Position numbers and translations under genes: made by a program. 64,000 nt of DNA from Porphyridium purpureum (taxonomy: Eukaryota), in the NCBI GenBank assembly GCA_008690995.1, contig VRMN01000005.1, positions 930,001 through 994,000 on the forward strand, written 5' to 3'. Under the pieces are notes generated by a model that was not told the DNA's origin, ran no database searches, and saw nothing but the letters and a program-made list of their open reading frames with translations. Of the stretch, positions 31,714 to 42,345 are shown piece after piece. Positions within the stretch are counted from its first letter, which is position 1. The number at the start of each line of letters is the position of its first letter.

Positions 31714-33633
31714 ATGGACGACGCGCTGCGCGAGCGCAATCCGCTGCACGGCTTCTTTTGCAATGAGCGCATTTTGCGCGTGGTGGCTTGTGTGCCTGCG
31801 CCACGCCACGCGCACTTGCTGCACGACTTTAAAGCGTTCGTGGACGCTGCGCTGATCACAGACGTGCATGAGGCGCGCGCCGAATTTCTGCATTTGGCAG
31901 AGTGGCTTGAGCGACTGGAGCGACTCGAGGCAGGAGCGGGAGAAGAAGCGATTATCGGGGCCCCATCAGACTCAATTGATGCACTGAGCGGCGCGCTGGA
32001 CGATGCGCTCGATCGCCATCTTGAGTTGGGCGCATTGAGGCTGCACGCGCCGCCGCCGCTGGATCGACACGAACTTGAGGTGCAACGCGGTCCCGGTACT
32101 GACTGGGTGGCACGATTGGTACCGCAGCAAGATTCAACGACAAAACGTGCTTGGGTCGTGCGCTTGGATGAGATCTGGGACGAGCTGCGCCGCGTCACGG
32201 TGCCAGGTGACGCCACTCGCTCGTCGCTCATTGAACTACCTCATGCCTTCAGTGTGCCTGGTGGACGCTTCCAGGAAGCGTACTACTGGGATTCGTATTG
32301 GGTAGTGAAGGGCTTGCTCATTTGTCGCCGCTTCGGCTGCGCAGAGCGCATTGTGCGTAACTTTTTGTTCCTCGTTCAGCATTTTGGCTTTGTGCCCAAC
32401 GGAAACCGTCTGTACTATCTAAACAGGTCGCAGCCGCCGCTGCTCACACTCATGGTTGCAGAAATCGTGCATGCACTGGATGCCGATGGTCAAGTCGAGC
32501 GTGCTCTGGGGCTAGCCTCGGAGAGTGTTCCGCTGCTCCTGCGGGAGCATCAATTCTGGCGAACGCACAGAGCAGTCGACACGTATCCGCCTCTGAGCCA
32601 ATACAGGGTACCGACGGAATGTCCTCGCCCAGAGTCGTTTCGTGACGACTGGACCTCGGGAAGCGCATTTGCCCGCACAAGTGCGTCGGAAGTGACACCT
32701 TCGGATCAGCAGCGGCGGCTGTACACAGACTTGGCGTCAGCCGCGGAAAGCGGCATGGACTTTACGTCACGCTGGATGGCGCTCGGTGCGGATCCAGACG
32801 CAACGCTGCGTAAAATTACGGACGACCAGATGAACCGCGACCATAAGCAGGCGCTGACGCGCACCACAACTTTGGTTCCAGTATGCCTCAATTCGATTCT
32901 GGTCAAGGTTGAGCGGGGCATTGCGTCGCTGTGTCGATGGATGCTTCACAAGCAAGAGATGCACGTACAGCAGCAAATGGGTGCTGAGCTCAATCTGAAC
33001 CTTGCCGGGGTTGCAGAAGAGATGGATCTGCTGGCGGCTTCGAGGCAAGACGCCATGAATGCACTGCTGTGGGATGCATCTGCCTGCACCTGGTTTGACT
33101 TTGATTTGGAAAGGAAGACGCGCGTGACAGAGTTGGGGCCTACCGCCGCAAGTTTCATGCCCCTTTGGGCAGGCTGCCTCGGCCCTGATCCTGACGACGC
33201 CGTGGCCGTCGAAAAGATAATTTCTGCACTAGAGAAGAGCGGCCTTGTCCGTGAAGGTGGCGTGGCGACGACACTTGTATGCACGAACGAGCAGTGGGAC
33301 TTTCCGAATGCGTGGCCGCCGGTTCAAGACATCATCGTGGAGGGCCTGGAGACCGTGGCTACCCGGCACGCTTCAACGCGCGCGCGAAAGCTGGCTGAGC
33401 GCATCGCGCTGAGTGTGCTTGGCACCGCTTACGCGGGCTGGCAGGCGACTGGATTCATGTACGAAAAGTATGACGCCACGCACACAGACGGAAAAGGTGG
33501 TGGCGGCGGCGAATATGAATCTGCACAGACCGGTTTTGGGTGGACCAATGGCACTGTGCTGTGTCTGATTGCGAAGTATGGCGCACAGTGGACTCCTTGC
33601 GCTAGCACTGCTACCAATGTCCCGTCTCCTTGA
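31714..33633 (+). CDS. Alpha,alpha-trehalase (GH37)
   Basis: VPGGRFQEAYYWDSY, PNGNRLYYLNRSQPP, PRPESFRDD, SAAESGMDFTSRW, QWDFPNAWPP and GGGGEY...GFGWTNG. Confidence 0.95.
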   Translation: MDDALRERNPLHGFFCNERILRVVACVPAPRHAHLLHDFKAFVDAALITDVHEARAEFLHLAEWLERLERLEAGAGEEAIIGAPSDSIDALSGALDDALDRHLELGALRLHAPPPLDRHELEVQRGPGTDWVARLVPQQDSTTKRAWVVRLDEIWDELRRVTVPGDATRSSLIELPHAFSVPGGRFQEAYYWDSYWVVKGLLICRRFGCAERIVRNFLFLVQHFGFVPNGNRLYYLNRSQPPLLTLMVAEIVHALDADGQVERALGLASESVPLLLREHQFWRTHRAVDTYPPLSQYRVPTECPRPESFRDDWTSGSAFARTSASEVTPSDQQRRLYTDLASAAESGMDFTSRWMALGADPDATLRKITDDQMNRDHKQALTRTTTLVPVCLNSILVKVERGIASLCRWMLHKQEMHVQQQMGAELNLNLAGVAEEMDLLAASRQDAMNALLWDASACTWFDFDLERKTRVTELGPTAASFMPLWAGCLGPDPDDAVAVEKIISALEKSGLVREGGVATTLVCTNEQWDFPNAWPPVQDIIVEGLETVATRHASTRARKLAERIALSVLGTAYAGWQATGFMYEKYDATHTDGKGGGGGEYESAQTGFGWTNGTVLCLIAKYGAQWTPCASTATNVPSP

Positions 33634-33760
33634 ACCTGAGAAACAGACTAGATGTTCGTTCCCGCAAAGTAGAAAAGGTTTTTTAAAAAAATTGGCACCG
33701 CAGTTTATGCTTTTGACAGCGTCGAGGCGGGGTGTTGGCGAGTTGGAGTGCACGAACCGG

Positions 33761-34138
33761 ATGGACAAGTATTCACGTTCGCGCAAAGCGGTGCGCGCGC
33801 CACCGGCAGTGGTAGACGGCCAACTTTCCAGTAAGCACGGCTCGGCAGATGCGCACGCGTCGGTGCGGGCGGTTGCGCAAGAGCCGCGGCCGCGCGAGGC
33901 ACAGGGGGAAGATGACGAAGAGGAACGCCACCGGCTGCGCATGTTTGACCTGGATCCTCACTATGGGCCCTTTGTGGGCGTGAGTCGCATGGAGCGCTGG
34001 AAGCGCGCCAAGACGTTCGGACTAGAGCCGCCTGACGACGTGCTCCGAATCATCGAGCGAGGACAATACCATGACGTTGCCGACATGATGGGCCAAAATC
34101 TACAGGCGACCAACAAGCGCGCTAAGAAAACCGGCTGA
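33761..34138 (+). CDS. POLD4: DNA polymerase delta subunit 4 (p12/Cdm1)
   Basis: LRMFDLDPHYGPFVGVSRMERWKRAKTFGLEPP matches the family signature LRxFDLxxxYGPCxGxxRLxRWxRAxxLGLxPP. Confidence 0.88.
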   Translation: MDKYSRSRKAVRAPPAVVDGQLSSKHGSADAHASVRAVAQEPRPREAQGEDDEEERHRLRMFDLDPHYGPFVGVSRMERWKRAKTFGLEPPDDVLRIIERGQYHDVADMMGQNLQATNKRAKKTG

Positions 34139-34729
34139 TATGTATAACACATCCTGTGATAAAAGCAACCCCGCTCTTCCTTGCTCATATTTCTATCAAA
34201 GATGGGCATAGACGGTCCAGAAAGACGCCTCTCAAAATGTTATGGCAGGCAGACTTTTCATTCCATTACGTCTGGCCAAGTGATGCTCGCCCTGCTCGGT
34301 TCTGTGCGAGACGGCGCGCGTTCCAGGCGCTACTTATTACAATAGAAGATGTCGTACCGAACGTCCGCCAGTTCAGTGCTTGCAAATATCGAGCAGCATA
34401 CAGAGTGGCTAGGTACACATCCGTGCGCAACGCAACAGACGTCACTCTCAAGTCTGATTTCCTCCAAATTCCTTGCCACACAGCTCGGTGACGACCACGG
34501 CATGAGCTTCTGGGAAAGGTTCGAAGGGTGATTAATGGAGCAGAACGCAATGGTCGTGAAGGTGTGAAGGCTGGGCGTAGATGGGGCCTTGTATTATTTG
34601 AAATCAACGATCAACATCTTCGCAGCAAAAACAAAACAGATAAAAGGTAGAGAGAACATGAAATAACGCGCGGCCTTGCAGAAAGGGGCGCGTGTGCCAA
34701 CGCACGTTGTCAAGGAAAACGCTGCGCGT

Positions 34730-35437
34730 CTACTCATTCGCGCGGCCCAGATACTCGTTCGAAATGGTATCGACCTTGATCTTCTCACCCACTACGATAA
34801 ATAGAGGCACCTTGACCACCGCGCCTGTGATGAGGGTCGCGGGTTTGGAACCGCCTTGCACCGTGTTTCCCTGCACGCCCGGCTCGGTCTCTGCGACTTC
34901 GAGCACCATGGTCTTTGGAATATCCACGCTGAGCACAGTGCCTCCGAAGCTGAGCACATCACAGTCCAGACCCTCATAGATGTACTTGGCGGTATCCTCG
35001 CCAATCTGGTCCATCGTGAGTCGCTCCTCTTCATAGGTGTCCATGTTCATGAAGCAAAAGACATCACCGTCCTTGTAGGTGTGCTGCATGACCACCTTGT
35101 CGAGTTGCGCCTGATTGACGGACTCTCCCGCTCGAAAGGTCTTCTCGACGGTGCCTCCATAGGAGAGATTCTTCAGCTTGGAGCGCACGAACGCGGCGCC
35201 CTTGCCTGGCTTGACATGCAAGAACGAGATGACCTTGTACACCGAGCCGTCCATCTCAATGCTCATGCCGGGCCGGATATCATTACTCGACAACATGCGC
35301 ACCGGCGCCGCTGAGGCGCGCCGCCTCGGTGCGCGCGGCGCCGCCACCGCGCGTCCGCGGCAGACCGCGGCCTTCCACGCGCATCTGGAGCTCGTGGCCC
35401 CTCCCGCAGCCACGCCACTCCCAACAAACCCGATCAT
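34730..35437 (-). CDS. efp: Plastid-targeted translation elongation factor P
   Basis: Transit peptide MIGFVG...PVRM, then SSNDIRPG, HVKPGKGAAFVRSKLKN, EKTFRAGE and PGVQGNTVQGGSKPATL...VPLFI. Confidence 0.96.
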   Translation of the reverse strand: MIGFVGSGVAAGGATSSRCAWKAAVCRGRAVAAPRAPRRRASAAPVRMLSSNDIRPGMSIEMDGSVYKVISFLHVKPGKGAAFVRSKLKNLSYGGTVEKTFRAGESVNQAQLDKVVMQHTYKDGDVFCFMNMDTYEEERLTMDQIGEDTAKYIYEGLDCDVLSFGGTVLSVDIPKTMVLEVAETEPGVQGNTVQGGSKPATLITGAVVKVPLFIVVGEKIKVDTISNEYLGRANE

Positions 35438-36719
35438 ATCCCCGCGCGACGCCGGCGTACCGCTCCACTTCCCACGCACCAACCTCTGTCCACTCGAACC
35501 CACGCCCCTCACCGTCACCACCGCCACCGCCCTCCCCCCCGTCACGGCGCGATATCTCCCGCAGCGCAAACGCCGCCGGTCCAGTGCGTCACACGACTGA
35601 ACCGCGCACGCGCGGGTGTGTGCTCGGTGGATCGGGCGATCGCATGGCAATGCGGCGGCGAGCCGGGCGGCCGCGCACGAGTCGGTAGCCCGCGCAGAGA
35701 CGCCGCGCACCATGCGGAGCGCGGCGTGTGGTTGTTCTTCTGTCGCACGCGGATCGGTCTGAGCCAATCGAACGAATCGACGGTAAGCGCGACGCACTTG
35801 CGCGTGGTGCCGGCGCGGGTGGAACATCGAGACTGGCGGCAAGGATGTGGCGTGGGTGCCGTCTTCCAGAATGAGATTGGTGTGTCGCCGTGACGTGGGG
35901 AGAGGTCACAGTTTCATGGACGCAGAGGAACGGCATTCTTGTTTGTTTTTGAGATACGAATTGTTGGGTTTCCCCCTGGCGCGCTTGGCGATAAGAGACG
36001 GCGCAACTTGCCACCACTCGCAGAGATGGAGTAAAGAGGAAGCGGAATTTGAGCAGACAGAGGTTGTCTATCCTGTGCTCGGAGAAGGAGAGGCGTGAGA
36101 TGAGTCTAATGCGGGCTAGAGCAAGGGTGACAGACAGCCCTGCAATATTTTCTGCTGACTGTTCGTGCGGGGGCGGTCCCCCAACGATCTCGTGTCGACG
36201 ACCAATCACACGATCACGCCGCAGCATGGATGGATGAGCAAGTGCAAGACCTCCCACAGCCTCAGCTGTCGCGATGAACAGTCCACATTGAGGGAATTCT
36301 AGTGGGATTCGCCACGATTCCGTTGTTGAAATGCGTGTAGCCGCCGTCAACAAATTGTGACTGAACATGTCGATCGTATCCTGCAGACTAGGCTCGTCGA
36401 GACACATGCAAGAACCAATGATTCTTCGTTTGGGTGCGAGAATCTTGGCCTTCAGGACTCACCTGAGTCTTGTGGCAATGCTTGCGCATCGCGGCGGAAG
36501 GGCAGGGATGAATGAGGCAGACCAGCACGTATCTTTGCTGGTCAAACAATCGTGCCGGACGGCACAAAATTCACACCCGCACATCGCTAGCAAGGCAGAT
36601 ATAAAGAGTTTGGTCTGCTCGGCGCTTGGCGCTTGACGTTTGGGATTGGTGCTCACACATACAAAAGTCGCGCCTTTATCTTCCATTTCCAGCGCGCGAA
36701 CACTATTGACATATTTTGA

Positions 36720-37576
36720 TCCACCGATTCTTCGCCTCCTCTTGTCACCTCTCCGCGGCCTTGCGGCACCACTCGACCACCGCGCGCTTGTTCTTGGGCA
36801 GACCACCCAACGCGTTGTCGAGCTCAGGGTCCAAATTCCACCGCACCTCGTGCGCCTCCTTGCTGCGCGGCCTTGCGGAACCGCTCGGCCGTCGTGTGCT
36901 GAGTCTCGCGCATACAGCCCAGCCCCTGTTGATACACGGAACCCATTCGACACTGCGAGAAGGCGATTGCCACCTGCGCCGCCTTATGGTGTCAAAACCA
37001 TGCTTCCCTGTCATTATTGTTTGTGAACTCCTCGATCTGACCTCGTCGCTGCGAGCCTACTGCGTGGCGGCGCGCTTGCCGCGCTTGGGCCTCTAACGCT
37101 TACAGGCATTCGGATCCGGCCAAACTGCCGAGTTTCACGGCCTTGACATACCACACCTTGGCGAGCTTCCTGTTCTGCGAGACTCCTCGCCCAGAGTGGT
37201 GGCAGCGGCCAAACTCAATCATGGCGTCTACGTATTCTTTCTCAGCAGCTGCGCGCACCTAAACCGCGCCATGCTCCAAGTGCTGGCTCATGCCGAGCGT
37301 ACCGTCGAGCAAAATCTTGCCAAGCCGGAAACGGCCTTCGACGGTAACTGCTTCTGCAGATTGCTTAATGCAATCGTACGCATTCGTCATGTTCCCCGCT
37401 TGCTCCAACTCTTCTGTGAAACAGAGCCGTTCATCAACACTCAGCACTTGCACGTGCACAGGCCGGTATCCACTAGGCCCCGCAAGGCTGCCTTTAGCGC
37501 TTGATGGTGCGGCTCCTGACCGACCACCAGATGCCACCGTGACCTTTGAAATTTTTCCTGTAAACACACGAACCAC
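36720..37576 (-). pseudogene. Sel1-like repeat protein pseudogene
   Basis: Manual translation gives AYDCIKQSAEA..RFRLGKILLDG...V*VRAAAEKEYVDAMIEFGRCHHSGRGVSQNRKLAKVWYVKAVKLG...*, then CRMGSVYQQGLG..RFRKAAQQG and GLPKNKRAVVEWCRKAAER*. It contains several stops and a frameshift. Confidence 0.8.
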
Positions 37577-38383
37577 ACAGGAATTGCCCGAGCTACGCGA
37601 TGGTCATCATTGGCGCTTGCTTGTGGCCTCGGTTTGTATAGTAAATCGTGGTGGTTTTGATATTAAAGGTAGCGAGGCTTCGGTCATTTTAGCATAGTAA
37701 ATTGCCTTTCATTTGCTCATGAAAAAGGATAATTCACTGCGAAAAGAACGAACTCAGGAGTGTGACTCATTTTTATTTCATAGAAACGTGCTTTGGTATA
37801 AGAAAGTGAGCGAGTGAAAATGGGACAAAAGCGCTTGTGTTTGTGATGCATTGCATCGCGATCCCGAGGGAACAGCTCGTGAGCACCGAGTGACGCTGAG
37901 CGATTTGGTGCTCGCACTTATCAAGATGAGGTCGGGGCGGCGAAGAAGGTCTGGTTTAGGTTCGACGTACGGTGCTGCGGAGGGCGGGCCGGCGGGCAGG
38001 CGGTGGACTGCGGGGAGTGAGTAGTGGCGGTGTCGGGCGCAAGCATATGCGTATGTACGCGAAGTGCTCCACTGAATTCGCTCCCTTCTGCGGAAGTCTT
38101 TAGATACTGAAAGTTCCCACGCCGTAAACGCACGCTCGGCGATCTGGCAGCCGAGGCATTGAGCAGTTCGTTGAAAGCTCGAAGGCATGTAGGGTTGGGA
38201 AGAAACATATGCTGCGTTGTGTTTGTGCTTAAAGTCCCAGCGTCGTGTCTGATGCCTCAGTGAAGACTGCACAATCTCGGGCGCCAAGCACGCTTCGGGG
38301 CGAGGTCAGACACTAAGCGCACTCGTCGGTCCCAAAGGCCGTTTGTTACGTTCAGTGGTGCTTGCAGACTGGGAACGGAGCGC

Positions 38384-38424
38384 GCTCGCCCAGCTCGCAC
38401 AGCTCGCCCAGCTCGCCCAGCTCG
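38384..38424. repeat. 9-bp tandem repeat GCTCGCCCA, about 4.5 copies
   Basis: Directly visible. Confidence 0.85.
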
Positions 38425-38645
38425 TGCACACTGCGCAGTGCCGGTAGAATGTCCGATCTGGCCGCGCACCGCTCGTTGTACGAGAGCGACCGGCGGGCCG
38501 TCTCAGCGCGATCCATGACGCCGGCTCCGTTGCTAAATCATTTACTTTTGTAATCCGTGCAATTCTTTTCGCGTCGTATTTCTCGAAGGCCTCACTGAGC
38601 GCCCCGCGCGCAAGAATGCTTCAACTTTGCAAGACTGGAGTGTGC

Positions 38646-40667
38646 CTAATACAAATCGCGATTACGCACGAACGAGCGAAACTGATTCAGGACAAGACCG
38701 GGGCGATGCGTGCGCTTGTGCGAGATACGATTGTTAACCTCGCCTTCGAGGTACTTGACGATGGTCAGGTTGATGACGTCAAATACATAATCATCGAAGC
38801 GGATCCACCCACAGTCGGCAAGCTCGGCTTCAACAAAAATCGGACCCGTCATGATCTGGCCGGACGGAAATTCTCGGACAATGGAGTGTTCGTCGGCAAG
38901 GTCACGTCCTCGGTCGGTGATCGACCAAAATTGCTTGATTCCTTTGCCATGAAAGCAATTCACAAAATTTGACATGTTCGTGATCCTGATCCGGCCGCGA
39001 AGTAGCCCCGCCGACAGCGTCCGAATTCCCATACTATCCTCAAGAAGCGTGATGAGAATCAATATTGCGGTCAATAGCGTCACCACGTTAATTACGTGCG
39101 TCGTCCAATCTGAGTTTCCGAATATCGTCGTAAGGACGCTCACGACGATGGCGAAAGTCCACATGCTCATCGCAACAGAGCGCGTCAACCAGTCGGCGGC
39201 ATAAAGTTTGTCATGATGAACCACTATCGCACGACTTCTGAAAGGTTCGATTTTGATGGTGTTAGTGTATGACGTGTCAAGTAACACTACACTGTCCCAC
39301 ACTCGAATGCGATAAGTAAACTCGTCACCATCATGCATTGGTACATTGCGAAACACGGGTCTAAGCGCAACCAACACCAGCATGTTGCTCAACATAAGTG
39401 CAATCAACAGAGGAAATCCGACCTTTTCGGCTGCGGCGATCGCTGCAGGATTGTACGTACGAAAGGGCCACATAAAGTCTCTTAGCATCCCGTCAATGTT
39501 GGAGGGCTTGTTGTTCTCGGATATCAGTGATGCCAACTCTTGTACCTCCTCATCATCAGGATCAACAAAATCCAATACCAACGCAAGAGATTCGTTCTTC
39601 CATGAGTGCCAAAGAGCTTTGAGCATTTGCAAAGTTGTCTCATTGACCTCACCGCTGATTAGAAAGGGCGCTAGCGCTTTGAACAGTGCATTGTCCAGTC
39701 GTATAATACGACTGTTTCCATAATGCGACCGAAGTGCTGTACCTGAACCGATCAGATTCGTCATCGTGCCACTGACCTTGCTTTTTCTTTGGTCCCTTTG
39801 TGGGACGAAAGTCGGCAAGCTCTTGTCGTTCTCTACATCGAGTACATTCAGCACCTTTGCACGCGGCTCGAGGTCATGGTCCATCCCGAGCTTGTAGTCA
39901 CTTCGTTTCATGCCTCCGTGATTCCCGCCTGGCAACGGATAAAACTTGATCACGTCCTTTTGCCTGAAGTCTGCGATAGCCAACTCGAGTTCGAAGATTT
40001 CTTTTTCGTGCGCTTTCAGAACGGCCCTCGGCGGTCGCACAGAAAAACCATTGGCAAGTGAGTCTGGGTTTAGATCCTCCACACAGCCGACGCCAACTTT
40101 GTCGATTAAACTCATGATCCTCTTTGCAATACTCAGAAATCTGAACATGCGCCGAGTATGCTCGGGCGTCTCGGACAAGAAAAGAAACTTCAGGGATGAG
40201 CGATTGCTTCGACCTTGATGAGGAAGTAGTTGGTTGCCACGACATTCTGGACCATCAGCCGCGCCGGTTTGCAAATTACCGGGTCCTGCTGGTGCTGCAT
40301 CATGACATTGCTCATGATTGAGACACTGGACTGCTGATTCTTCGAACTCAAGTCTTCCTTGGCTGATCGACTCGGCTCGACGAATAAGATCGCGTCGTTC
40401 AAGATATTTCTCATATTTGGGGCAGTTGCATACGTTTCCGGCTCGGCGAAAGAAACGGGCAAAGACATGGCGAGGCTGCGCACTGGCGGCAGCGCACCGG
40501 TACTCGTTCAAATCATGATCAATATCACCCACTACCATGTCTAGCGAGCTTTCGGACGAAACCGAGCCGTTCTCTATGTCACTCATATAATGTCCCTCGA
40601 CTTCCAAGTTGATGCGCTCTCCATCCTCTTCACTAGCCTCGTAGCTAGAGGAGGATCCGGGAAACAT
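38646..40667 (-). CDS. Hypothetical membrane protein of unknown family (about three TM segments in the C-terminal half)
   Basis: Uninterrupted ORF of over 670 aa with hydrophobic segments FPLLIALMLSNMLVLVAL, MWTFAIVVSVLTTIF and VINVVTLLTAILILITLL. The start is taken as ATG 40667. Confidence 0.7.
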   Translation of the reverse strand: MFPGSSSSYEASEEDGERINLEVEGHYMSDIENGSVSSESSLDMVVGDIDHDLNEYRCAAASAQPRHVFARFFRRAGNVCNCPKYEKYLERRDLIRRAESISQGRLEFEESAVQCLNHEQCHDAAPAGPGNLQTGAADGPECRGNQLLPHQGRSNRSSLKFLFLSETPEHTRRMFRFLSIAKRIMSLIDKVGVGCVEDLNPDSLANGFSVRPPRAVLKAHEKEIFELELAIADFRQKDVIKFYPLPGGNHGGMKRSDYKLGMDHDLEPRAKVLNVLDVENDKSLPTFVPQRDQRKSKVSGTMTNLIGSGTALRSHYGNSRIIRLDNALFKALAPFLISGEVNETTLQMLKALWHSWKNESLALVLDFVDPDDEEVQELASLISENNKPSNIDGMLRDFMWPFRTYNPAAIAAAEKVGFPLLIALMLSNMLVLVALRPVFRNVPMHDGDEFTYRIRVWDSVVLLDTSYTNTIKIEPFRSRAIVVHHDKLYAADWLTRSVAMSMWTFAIVVSVLTTIFGNSDWTTHVINVVTLLTAILILITLLEDSMGIRTLSAGLLRGRIRITNMSNFVNCFHGKGIKQFWSITDRGRDLADEHSIVREFPSGQIMTGPIFVEAELADCGWIRFDDYVFDVINLTIVKYLEGEVNNRISHKRTHRPGLVLNQFRSFVRNRDLY

Positions 40668-41519
40668 TCTTGAGAAAACCTTTAACCGCTCCGTCCGTGG
40701 GTCCGGAAGAAGACCCACGAAGTGAAAACCTTCGTCGACTGTGGCAAGTGACACACGCGCGTTCGCAAGAGGGTGCAAAGCGGAACGCAGTGCTTAAATG
40801 CGCTTCACCGACTGCCCGCCACCCTCCTTCGCAACAAGACCACAGTGCTCTTCTTATTGTCAGCAATGAGCTTGCGTGCAAGCTCGAGTGGAACCTTCGC
40901 GACGTTTTCCATGATGAACCAAGCGGAGCGTAGTTAAAAGATTAACGAATTTTTTTCCTCTTAACATGGTGCAAGTTTCTTTCGATGAGACGCTTTGTTG
41001 CGGGCGCTACGATTAACGGCCCGGCGAATGCATCTTAGAAAACGAGAACTATTCAGCAAACCCAGAAGAAGACAGCACACGCGTGCGTCAGAGTCTCTCA
41101 CGCAGTTCTTCCCATTACATCCCGCCAGGATCAAGCACAAAATATTCTCTCACCCACAGTGCCGAGCGCCCTTGGTGGCCGGACTCCGCAACGCCACACC
41201 ATGCATTTTGTGCACTCACGCAGCCACGTCTTACGTCTGCAACGTTTTTCTGAAGGATTTGCACGTTTTTTGCACGCAAATTGGGGCCGATGCACACTAG
41301 GGTTGCATCGGTAAATGCAGAATGCATTGCATTTTTGAATGCCGCTGTGTCCGGTCGATGGTAGTCGGACGCATCTGCCGTTAAAACTACGTGAAAAGTC
41401 CGTCCACTTTATGAGCAGACCTGCCCTGAGAATGCATCGAATCTCGCGGCTTTGGCGGAGAGGCGTTTTTACTTGGTTTGTGCAGTGTGGATCGCGTCGA
41501 GGGTGTGATGGCACAGCGT

Positions 41520-42345
41520 CAACGTGCCGACTTGGAGCGGTACGTCGACCGGTTGCGGCGCGGTAACTCGACAGAGTGAAGAGCTGGTCGTGTCGCCCTT
41601 GGACGCGGGGCGTGTGTACTGGGTATACGCCAGGCATGCTGCATCGGCGAGTCACATGCAGAAAAATATCATCGTGGTAGACTGCTGTTGTTGGTGGGGT
41701 CATGCAGTGCTCACACTCGCTCACGCGCATCCGGAGGGGTACCTGACTGTTATGGACGTGAATTGCCTTGCGCTTGAAATTGCTGCGCAACGCGCACACC
41801 AAGCATAACTAGAAAATGTCTGGGCATAGACTGGAAATGCTGTTGATATTCAATGTCACAATGGCCTCGCTGTCGGTCTGAATGCGTGTGGAACGGCATC
41901 TGATGCCGCCGTAGGCCCTGAACCTGTGCGCGCCTTTTATGGCTGTAACACCACTGGAAAATGTATTTCGCGGAGAGCAGAATTACTGGCATTATATCCG
42001 CACAGCCGAAATCATCCATTCTGCCGTGACAACGCGAGCGAGTGAGCGATTGTTAATTCTGGCGCGGAGCTCGTAGAAATGACGGTGAATCACAATGCGC
42101 GTTTATCAACTCTTTTCCGGAGCACCTGTCAGCAGAACCTGTTGCTGATCTGGCTCGACCCGCTGACTTTGAGACACGCATGGTGGGTGAAGATGTGCGT
42201 TGATGTCGGCGGAGGATGGCGAGAACGTTGCTCGAGCTTGAACGCTGTTTCGCGGTATAACAAAGCGGATACTGTACGTCCCTGCTCAAACTTGGGCCCG
42301 CCTTGCGCCTCCTTCGAAAAGGTCAAACTGTTGACTGGCCTCGAA
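41520..42345 (+). pseudogene. GSTCD-type (Methyltransf_32-like) SAM-methyltransferase pseudogene
   Basis: IVVDCCCWWGHAVLTLAHAHP...MDVN..ALEIAAQRAHQA*LENVWA*...LAVGLNACGTASD resembles IVDFCSGGGH...VALHACGxATD. In-frame stops lie at 41806 and 41827. The downstream LARPAD...LLELER...SGY also fits. Confidence 0.7.
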
